A stretch of DNA of 46,988 nucleotides, taken from NCBI GenBank assembly GCA_900088475.1, contig FLMG01001768.1:1-46988 (forward strand), given 5' to 3'. Shown here one piece after another: positions 37,550 to 46,988 of this stretch; position 1 is the stretch's first letter; each line of letters begins with the position of its first letter. Origin of the DNA: Hyphochytrium catenoides. Taxonomy: Eukaryota; Protista; Hyphochytriomycota. The notes beneath the pieces were generated by a model. It ran no database searches. It was given only the letters and a program-made list of their open reading frames with translations, and was not told the origin of the DNA. The translations under genes and the position numbers were made by a program.

Positions 37550-38401
37550 ATGGTGCATGCTCCGCTGCTCAACTTGAATATGGACGTGGACCATAGAATC
37601 AGACGAGTAGGGGCCCCGCCTTCCTCCACGTCCCCTCGTCCTGATGCCACCGTCGACAACAATAATCAGACACCCTCACCTGCTCCGACGAAGGAAGGCA
37701 ATGCCTGGACTACCTTCGATAAGGAGAAACTTCATCAAAGTGAGACCAGCGCCGGACTTCAAAACTTTCTATGCAGAAACTCCTACGTTATGCATTCTAG
37801 CCTTGAGCTCGGCGGTAAAGTAAGGCCCCGGCCCGGTCTGGTTGCGCCTTGTGATCCCACCTGCGACTGCCAGCGGTGTAGACCCAGAAATATGGCAGCT
37901 TTCAAGGTGGAGCATGCCCGAGTAGCTCGCTTAAGGTCCTATCATATTCTCGACACAGCGCCTGAGGCTTCATACGATAGGATTGTCCACCTTGCACAGC
38001 GCTTTTTTAATGCCGACATGTGCTCTATCATGCTCATTGACAACGATAGAGCATGGTTCAAGGCCAAGCTGGGTCTTGATGGCTGGGAGCTAGACAGGAA
38101 GATTTCTTTCTGCACTTATACCATCCGATGGGACGAAGTCTTCGTCGTCCTAGACACACATCAGCATGAGGTCTTCCATAACCACCCACTTGTCGTACAG
38201 AAGCCCTTCATTCGCTTCTACGCTGGTGCCCCTATCACTACCAAAGATGGTCTTCGTCTAGGAGCACTCTGCATCATCGATGCCACGCCAAGAGTAATGT
38301 TCGGTCACCAAGAGCGAGAGAATCTGAAGCGGATGGCAGCGACAGTGATGGAGCAGATGGACATGGGCCTCTTACAATTGCGGCGCAGGACTCATCAGTA
38401 A
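37550..38401 (+). CDS. Stand-alone GAF-domain protein (283 aa, apparently single exon)
   Basis: EHARVARLRSYHILDTAPEASYDRIVHLAQRFF...IDNDRAWFKAKLGL...RKISFCTYTI...HPLVVQKPFIRFYAGAPITTKDGLRLGALCIIDATPR matches the GAF subfamily found upstream of bacterial GGDEF and His-kinase domains. Confidence 0.9.
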   Translation: MVHAPLLNLNMDVDHRIRRVGAPPSSTSPRPDATVDNNNQTPSPAPTKEGNAWTTFDKEKLHQSETSAGLQNFLCRNSYVMHSSLELGGKVRPRPGLVAPCDPTCDCQRCRPRNMAAFKVEHARVARLRSYHILDTAPEASYDRIVHLAQRFFNADMCSIMLIDNDRAWFKAKLGLDGWELDRKISFCTYTIRWDEVFVVLDTHQHEVFHNHPLVVQKPFIRFYAGAPITTKDGLRLGALCIIDATPRVMFGHQERENLKRMAATVMEQMDMGLLQLRRRTHQ

Positions 38402-38854
38402 CGGCGCTTCAGCCCCTCTTCCTCTCAAGCTATTTATTATTGAGGATGCCATTGCCTAACTCCCAAGGCTTGCAAGGCTTCGATCCAGCTGTAAAGGAAG
38501 AGTTAGCGTTATAGTCATACTACTAGTCAAATAGTCAACAAGAGATTCAGGAGAGGTGCCGTGAATGTTAGAGCATCGGGCTCCATATACATATGTACAT
38601 ATACAAAGTCTTATTCACAGAACTGCTCATTGCACCCACATTGACCGCCCAAGGACACATCCTTAGCCTGTCATCAACGCGCACTATTGTTGCTACAATG
38701 AGCTTCTTATGGTTGATGGAAGGCTGAAGAGACTTTCAAGCACAATCTGTTGACGGCAAGCAAGGGTCAACACTCTCCCAGAAGGGCTTGTACCAGGACA
38801 TGCAAGTCAATAACTCGAAGTGGGCCAAGCAAGTAGCAAGAAGTCCGCCGGCTC

Positions 38855-40807
38855 TCAGTAGGTACGCATAGCAGAGTCTCTGTTGCCCAGCAAGTTCTCT
38901 CTGCGTTGCTGCAGGAACTCTATCTGTCTGTCGATGTCGCTGATCTCAAACTCCTTCAGGGTCAGGTCTGTGCGAAGCATTGCCACAACCTGTTCTGCGG
39001 CAATGATCTTCTCTCTGGCCTTTGACATGGGCTTATCTGGGGTTCGAAGATTAAGCCAGCTCCAGGCCGCTCTATCAGCGTGGGATATTTGGTGACCGTC
39101 CCAGTCGCTGCCCCTCAGCTTTTTCCCTGTAGACCGAGGCGCACTGTCTTCAGGGCCACCCTCAGGTGGGGCTCTTTTGATCCCAGTGTACGGAGGGTTG
39201 GAAGAAAGTCTGTGTATGGCTGGAGGAGAAAACGGAACTTGGCTTGGCCCTTCTGGAATCAAAGGAGCTCCAGGTAGGGGTCGTTTCATTGGTGGAGGAG
39301 GTGTTGAGAGCAATGCCCCAGAAGGCCTTGGCATATGAGGAGCTGCTCCAGGGATAGGCAGCCTACCTGGCATGGGAACCATGTGATGCAGTGGTAGTGG
39401 CTCAGGGCTGAGGACTGGGGGTCTGGGATGCTGCCGATGATCTTCATGCCAGCTGCCGGGTGCATTTGGCATCATTTTTCCCACCGAAGCTTCCCCAGGA
39501 TGTCGGGAGAGCAGGCCCGGCGCATTGTAGGGCCTTTCAGAACGGTTATTCACGGGTTTGACTTCACTAGTAGGAGGAATATCTCTTCCTCCTCTTTGGC
39601 CAGAAACCGCTTCCACACTGCTCCTTATAGAGCTTGACGGTGGCGATGCGAAGCCTGGACCGCCTCTTCCCGTCTCAAGGGATGCCCTGAAAGGAGCTGA
39701 CATTAGTGCATTCTATACGCTTTCAGCCGCACCGCTAAGGCATACGTACCGCCTTGAGAGACCTTCCTCTCTCCCTATTTGCGCCTGGACTGCTCGTTGA
39801 GACAGCATTGGCTCCTGCGCTATAAAATTTTCGCGTCGTTAGATGATCTGGCTGCTGTAGAAGTAAAGCTTGTAACAACAGGAAGAAGGAGCAAAGAAAG
39901 GAAGTCACAGGGAAGGGGATGCCAGGGCCAAAGAAGGAAAGCTTAGAGCTGCTTCTTAACTGCTGCAGTTGACAAACAACAAGGAGGTTGCGCGAGATAT
40001 CTCCGCACCTGAAGTTGCCCGGTCGGGAACGACCCCAGTGCCTCGACTTCTATCCACCTCCATCGCGTGGCCACTCCTGCTATTCCCTTCTCTGTCTTGC
40101 GACGTATCCATGCGGTTTGAGTCGTGAGTTCTCTCTTCTGCTCGCATAGGTTCTTCCTTTTCTCGGGGCGGCCTTGCTCTTTCCATTTGTCGAGCACGCT
40201 CTTCATCTCGCCACCTCTGGTTGTCACCTGTCCGAGTCCCCCAGTCAGGAGAGCGAGGTTGATCTCTAGAGGGCGCGACTCTCTCCCATTCTCTCGCTAC
40301 TCTGTCTTGAGGTCTGATGTTATCTCTTGCACGCTCCCTTGAGCGACTTCGCACATCGCGTCCCCTTTCCGTCTCAAAGGATCGTGTAGGTAATCTCTGT
40401 CGATGGTCTTCACTCCCTCTCTCGCCCGATCTACCTCTTCGTTGGTATGGACTTCCCTCGACTGCTGACAGGCAATTGAGAGAGCTCTAAGTTATCAGTT
40501 TTGCAGGAGATCTCATCTTCCAGTACTTACCAGGCCGACGATCCGAGGCAGATCCTGAACCATGACGATCATGGGCCCAAGAACCTGAAGCACTCTCGCG
40601 GTTAAGAGTTCCAGAAGTATAGCGATAGTCACCGCCATAAGACTGGCTTCTGCTAATGACGGGAGGAGCTGGCGGCGGAGGTGGTGGAGGCGGTGGGGGT
40701 GGCGGCGGCGGAGGGGCATATCGTGGTCGGATATCTCCACGAGGATAGGCGTGAGACGGCGGCGGCACGTCAAAATTAGACCTCTTTTGCCTCTGATGGC
40801 TCGCCAT
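38855..40807 (-). CDS. Hypothetical Pro-rich / Arg-Glu-Ser-rich protein with C-terminal coiled coil, about 4 exons
   Basis: MASHQRQKRSNFDVPPP, a poly-Pro run, an RSRSRER/RE-rich exon and a Pro-rich exon ending LKEFEISDIDRQIEFLQQRRENL. Phase-compatible GT-AG junctions link ORFs 40487-40843, 39956-40354 and 38855-39703. Confidence 0.7.
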
Positions 40808-41446
40808 TGTTACCGCTTCTAGCGAGAGCCGGAGACTTGACACAGGGTGACGCCGCGAGATAGTGGACCGTTCAAGGCTTGGTAGGCCTTTCTACACTCA
40901 ACCACGGAAGGATTGCTATGTAGTCCAGCCACATCGGTGCACGGGCACAGCAGAGAATCCTTTTCTAAAGGCAGCCTGAAGGCATCGCTTGCCAAAGATA
41001 GTGATAAGCCAAGAGACCTGTAGGTAAGTAAATAAAGACTCTGCTCTTTGCCTTGCCCTAGCTAGCTGACAGCGGCGCAGTTTCTGCTGTTGCTTGACCG
41101 CCCGCGCACTGAATAAACCCTAGACAACAGCTCAGACAAGGCCGACAACGAATCCGTCCCGACGAAGACTTCTAGCAAATAACAGTTAGCAACAGCCACT
41201 CAAGCAGGAGCGTCAGCAGGAGGAAAGACGAAATCTGCAAGTTAAGCTCAATTGGGCCTTGGGCCGCTTAAGGAGCTGCGCAGTCGTTGAGCAGTGAGGT
41301 AAAGCCTGTAAGTCTGATGAAGCTCCTCCAGTCTCCGTGAATGGCTTCTAATTCAGAGATCCAAGAAAGCACACAAACCCTATAACATACCGGTAACGGC
41401 AGCTATTGTTGAGCTTTCTGCAGATTTTTGGTTAGTGGAGCCAACG

Positions 41447-41746
41447 GTGGCGATGATGACCACGGCAGATGCGTTCACGATGTGGAGCTGCAGACAGAAT
41501 TAATAAGGCTGAAGCTCTGATCGGTTGTGGCCTAAAGATGGCAAATGAAGCACTCCGTCCAGCTCCTCTCAAAGGACCCGGTTGATATCGGTACCATCCA
41601 AAGCAGACAAGAACACGACGCCACTGGAGAGAGTGGAAGGAGTGCTTCATCTGTCATCAGAAGGCCATTATCGATCAGAGCTTCAGCCTTATTAGTTCAA
41701 GCTGCAGTTCCCCGTCTTCGAACCCATCTGCCTTGATCATCACCAC
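41447..41746. repeat. Imperfect inverted repeat (~115-bp arms, ~70-bp spacer)
   Basis: Left arm ...taataaggctgaagctctgatcg...atgaagcactcc is the reverse complement of right arm ggagtgcttcat...cgatcagagcttcagccttatta. Similarity extends out to gatgatgaccacggcagatg / catctgccttgatcatc. Confidence 0.9.
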
Positions 41747-42694
41747 ACAAGCAGAGATCATCGGTTCTGTTCCGTCTGCAACACCCAGACGACCAGGTCT
41801 CCGCCCAGAGACCGGCAGTAATAAGGTTCGGTGTCTGCTCAGGGGAAGCCAAAGAAGAAAGCCCGCGGGTGAAGACCCCAACAAGCAAGGGCAGTTTGCC
41901 CCATATCCGGGCTTTGTTGTGACGGCGCAACGCCGACGCCTCCGGTGATGAGGACCGACGACCTTCTGCTGCGGCCCACTCGCCACGACTGGGACGGCAA
42001 AGGAAGTGGGAGGATCTATTGGGAGCGCGGTCACGTCTGCAAATGATACTGGCGGGATATAAGACAGATCCATAGTCAGGCCTTAGAACTAGCTTAACCA
42101 GTGAAATCATGCTCCAACATTCTAGAAGTTCACTCTCGTGGTAATAGATGAACAATCAAGGCGCTGTAACGCTTTCGATGATAATAACGGGGCCGGCTTA
42201 ACAGACCATTGCCCTTGAATATAGCACACGTCACTGTTGAAGCTAAGTCTTTCCACAGGGCAGTCGTTGGCCTGACCTCTAGCTTGAGCAGCAGTCGCTT
42301 GCAGGGATAGACGGCAAGAAGAGACCTTACGATGGAGGAGGAAGATGGCGCGAGGACCGGAGATCTGCGTCACATCCATAGTAGTTGTCAACACCTTCAT
42401 CATTATCCGGAGCAGCCGCGCGGAGAGGAGCTGGGTTAGAAGAGGCGAGAACAATGGAAAATGAGCCTTAAGTGAAATGACCTTCTAGATGACAAGGATA
42501 AAGCTTCTAGAACCGCCCCCTGCATATGCGGAAGGTCTCAGACGCTAATGAAGCTTGAGGGACGACGATAGCTGCCTTTTGCTCTATTCCCCTCCTCTCG
42601 TCTATCCAGTCAATATGCCCTTAAGACGCAAGAAGAATGTGTTGACTTAGAGGCACATGAAAGGTTGACAAAGAGGACAAGAACTAAGCACATA

Positions 42695-42698
42695 GAAG

Positions 42699-42747
<49 letters not shown>

Positions 42748-42793
42748 AGAGAGAGAACGAAAGAGAGAGAGAGAGCGCGCGCGAGAGAGAGAG
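42695..42793. repeat. (GA)n microsatellite
   Basis: Visible gagaga tract ending in gcgcgcgcgaga. Confidence 0.9.
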
Positions 42794-43805
42794 GTGAGGG
42801 ACGGTGGAAAGAAAAGGAAATATGTGAAGATCTGACAATGCAAAGATAGAGAAAAAAGAGAAGTGAACTCAGTTGTACACTCAGGTGGATCCTGAGTAAG
42901 AAGAGGATAGTCAGGCCTGACGGAGATGTCCCTGAGAAAGCCATGAACATCCAGCAGCAATCATTTGCTGCAGTCGTCATCATCAGCAGCTTCCTCATTA
43001 TCACGGAGTTTAAGGGCCATGTTAAGGATCGATACTACTTCAAGAAGGCTGAAGATGAGCAGCAAGCCAAGGAAGTCCTTCAAGTCTGTCAAAAAAGCTA
43101 CGCTTATCCTGTGGAACCACATGGACGTTAGAGGTTGGGCTAGTTATAATCCAGGCATCATAGATCATCTTACTGACAGAAGAGAAGAAAGAACGTTGCA
43201 GACCACCACTACGAAGAATAGCTATAATGCTCATTCAGGACAGCGACAGCGAATAGTCTTTTCCTCGTCTTCCTCTTCTCACGGCGATTGCACACCCTGA
43301 CGAAAGAAGAGCGAACTATTGGATGAGATACCGTGGAGTCGGTAAGAGAAAGAGCCAATAGTCAGTTCCACTCACACCAGCTCATCAGGAAGGGAGACTA
43401 CCCTACGCTAGCAGCCTTAAGGGCCGCCCAATACGTACGCAGGATGGGAAGGGACAAAATTAGCGGAGATGAGAGGAAGAAGGTGAGGATAATGAGGAGC
43501 GAAGGAATTATTATCTTATGCGACGATGGGCCAAGGAGTTAAGCAAATTTAAAAAAACAAAGGGAACAGAGCTGAGGACTCATCATAAGTGCAGTCTCCT
43601 CTTCCTATGCTGCTTCATTGATAGCGCCAGTCCTCCGGCTTTTCTGAAGAATGAGGAGTGACATACAACATAGCCCTACGCAAGCGAGAAACGGCTTTGC
43701 CCGCTCCAACCAGCCAAGTTGACGATTATAACGGCAGGGGGAAGTGCAGCAGCCGTCGTGCCGTAAACGAGCATCAAAATTGTACTTTACCTTCTTTTCA
43801 CATTA

Positions 43806-44045
43806 TATCGCCATGACGAACCGCGGCGGCAGCCCTGCTTCCCTAGCAATAAGGGGATCTGAGGCGAGGATGCCAAGTCGTAGGAGTGCCTGCACACGAG
43901 AGACACTCTCTATCATAAGGATTTGCATCTTATCGCCATGACGAACGGCAGCAGCCGTTCCTCCCTAACAAGAAGAAGATCTGAGGCGAGGATGCCAAGT
44001 CGTAGCACTGCCCGCACACGAGAGACAGTCTCTATCTTAGGGATT
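43806..44045. repeat. Diverged tandem duplication, 125-bp period, 2 copies
   Basis: 43806-43923 and 43931-44045 share tatcgccatgacgaac...gatctgaggcgaggatgccaagtcgtag...cacacgagagaca.tctctatc. Confidence 0.9.
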
Positions 44046-46988
44046 GAGTCCTTATATTGGTCGGCAGCGGATGATAGTTCTGCTCCTCCTGTGCATGCCA
44101 AAGGACCAAGGCCGCCGAAGTAGCACGCTTATTTTCCCCGCTGGTTCTCCTTGTTTCCTCTCAAATTGTCATCCCAGAAGTCAGTTAACTGCCCTGGTAG
44201 TACGGTGGTGCTGTGCTTCCAACCAAGTACTCAATTGGCATTCTCTTATCCGTCTCGCTATGTCAAACGTCGCGGGACTAGGAGGAGTCTCTTCCTTTGG
44301 CTGTGTAGATGAGTGAATTATGAGTCATTAGCTGACGGTGTGAGTAGGTGCGGTAGGGATAAGGAAGTTGCCACTTCTCTTGCTGCTCTGCGTGGTTTGA
44401 GCTCTCCTTGTCATGTGTGCTGTGGGTTGAAAAATAACGCTCATCACTAGTAGTGGTAAATATATCTGATTCCTCGCGACGGAAGAAGAGAACGACAAGA
44501 CGAGGCTATCAGCGGCAGTAGTGTCACATAGGAATTATTGATTGATGACGATGATGACCAGAACGGCCGGACCCACCACCAGGAAGCAGGAGAAACCGTG
44601 TCGGAGCTGTTGGCCCTTATCATAAGGGGGCCGTCTACTATCTAAGGTAGAAAGAAGGGAAGAGGAAGCGGCATCAGGCATGCTCTGGACTCGTCGTGTA
44701 CGAAGACCAAGTGGCAGCAAGAAGCAATAGTAGATTAGACAATGACCACTACTCCTTAAGTTGGACAGGAAATCAGAGAAACGAGATGACAATGGTGCAT
44801 CTAGCCCGCCCATAAGGGATCAAATCCACGCGTTGGTTTGAAGATCTCGCCTGGCAACAGTAAGAAGGAGGAGGTAATTTGTTGAGTGAGCTTCCTCTTC
44901 GTTTTTTAAAAATTAGCAAGGTGTCCTCATGACTAAGAGAAGAGGAGAGAGTAGGACCAAGCAGGAAGAAGGGAGGACAAAGAAGGAAGTGTGCAGTCAA
45001 CGGACATCAAGCAACAATGAGAAAAGAAGGGAAATCAAAGGAGGATTATTATTAGCCAAACAACAGAGCCAATGGCGCCCCTCAACTGTTATCCTTCTGT
45101 ATGTGCTAGTTTTATTATAAAGATAGTAGGCTGAGAATGATGATCTCCTCCTTGTTGCTGCAGCATCATTGATTGAGGCCGCATTCCTCCTCTAAGGCTG
45201 CTCTCCTCCCAGTTCTGCCATGCCTGTCGGCGGTAAGAACCCCTAGTGCGAGCGACGCACTGACCTCCCTCTGTTGTTTTACTTCTCATCAATGCCCTGC
45301 AGCAACTGGTTAGAGCAGCAGCTACTATGCAGCTTCGCGGCTGTTCCGTACATCATAGAACTAACTATTTCCGATGAGGAATTCCACTGCCTGGTTTTTG
45401 CGCTTGCTGTTCAGTTGTTCTACGGCTTCTACTTCTTTTTATAAGGATGATGAGATGCAGTTCTTCTTTGAGCCATTGGCTGTTTGCTGCTGCTGCTGCG
45501 CTCCTTCTAGTCGCTATTATTATGTCCCTTCCTCCGTGATGCTCACAGGGTCTGTTCAAGAGAATGCAGGAGGAGTGGCAAGAACGAACAAGACGATGAT
45601 GATGATGATGGTAGGACGACAGAAGAACGCCGGCGGATCAGAGGAGGAGTGGAGCCAACACACGGAGGAGGAGGAGACAGGGATCTGGACATCCGATATC
45701 CGATGATGGACTGAAAAATAATGAAATCTTGGGTTGGCCGTTCATGGCTGAGCGTCCCACCGCCAGGAAGAGAGAGGAACGCTCCCTGGAGGTGCGACAA
45801 GGGCAGACCGCTGCTGGTGCTGTGGCCGCTGGGAACCTTGGCTGGGGAACCTTGGGACTGACGGGAGCTAGGTCTTGTATCCCAGCCAGGGCCCACCCAC
45901 CTCACGGATCATATCAAGCAACCCTATCGGTTTAGCATTGGAAATAAAGGTGTGTGAAGAGGGACAGATAGAAGAACATTGTAAGGGAGAGAGGCTTCAT
46001 GATGGAGGACGAGGCGGAATATTATCGGGAACAAGGTTGGGGCTGTATTTTGGTGCCCTCCTTGGCCAGCACTTTTCTTTACATTGACCAAAATACAAGG
46101 TACAAAAGGATGATGTGTCTTTATCGCCGATCAGCGAATGGGAGACGGGGAAGAAAAGAAATGAAGCAAGGCGCATTGCCCCGAACAGGCCTCAGCTGCT
46201 GGGCCCTGTCGATGGGCGTTGCAACATGTTCCGTATTTTATTGTTCCCAACTGTTCTACATAGACACCCCTTTTATGCAGGTCCAAAACGAAATCTAATA
46301 GATTCTTTAGAGAAATGCTTAAAAGCCCTTTTCCTTTCATATTTGACATATTTACATATGGTTAACAGCCAAACCACTAAAGGGATTCTAGTATCATGAT
46401 ATGTTCGTTGTAAGTTAGAATCCTCTAAATGTCAAATTCTAATATAGCAATTCAATAATCTGTGAAGAAGTGCCACTTATAATGCAGTATCAAGTCGAGG
46501 GCGGGTGGGTCACAATAATGGTAAAGTGTGCATTACTTTTCTCAGTCTCGGTTTTTGATCCTGCCTGTCTCTCTGCGGTCTCTCTCACACCCGGTTGCTA
46601 TGAGGTTTTATTGAGTCGCCTCCCCACTCTGTCTCGCACTTTTATTCTCGGTTTCGTGTGTTTCTTTCCATCTTTCCTGGTAGTAAAAAAGGAATCTCTC
46701 TGCTTCCTCTCTATTTTTGTGTCAGTTGAAATTTTGGTCACTCAATGTTTGGAGGGAGAGCAAAGCAAACTCTGCAGTAGTAATAAGCCTAAGCTTTTAT
46801 CCCATGCCTCACTCCACCAACCGGATGTCCCTTCTCAAGTAGCTCTTCTCTCTCGCTCTCTGTATCTCTCTTCTCCTATCAAGTCTATGCATTAGAATAT
46901 CTATTCTCTCTCTGTCTCCCTAATCTGTGGAACTCTCTTTGTGTTCTCTCTTCACGTAGTAGTCCCTGCTTTTTCATTATTCTGTCTT

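Noticed and set aside
43320-43450. AP2-like RYRGV start
   Set aside because: The match is only five residues and the downstream W/LG.F/AA.AYD pattern is not convincingly present.
45365-45440. Chromodomain-like KEVEAVEQLNSKRKNQAVEFLI on the minus strand
   Set aside because: It lacks the KW.GY...TWE core, a stop follows immediately, and no adjacent integrase is visible.

Overview
Intron-rich eukaryotic nuclear DNA of about 50% GC. All splice sites I traced were GT-AG, most introns were 60-300 nt, and conserved genes read in the standard code. The style suggests a protist or alga, possibly a stramenopile, but that is inference only. Positions 1-33 kb are gene-dense and contain katanin p80 (cut by the window edge), an SLC35F/EamA transporter, an archaeal-type cofactor-independent phosphoglycerate mutase, an ankyrin + SKICH-like + PDZ-like protein, an unknown protein, a BSD-domain protein, a decayed PIF/Harbinger-like transposase with an internal duplication, TFIIF-beta, a protein-L-isoaspartate methyltransferase with an extra C-terminal module, and the ASCC3/Slh1 double helicase. 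Positions 33-47 kb are gene-poor and hold a stand-alone GAF gene, a Pro/Arg-rich gene, GA/CT microsatellites, an 8-bp minisatellite, a ~300-bp fold-back inverted repeat, a 125-bp tandem duplication and decayed coding-like remnants. I found no CRISPR array, rRNA or tRNA, and no clear multi-gene novel system. The best novelty candidates are unusual domain architectures and the hairpin. Exon models were spliced by eye and need RNA-seq or HMM confirmation.
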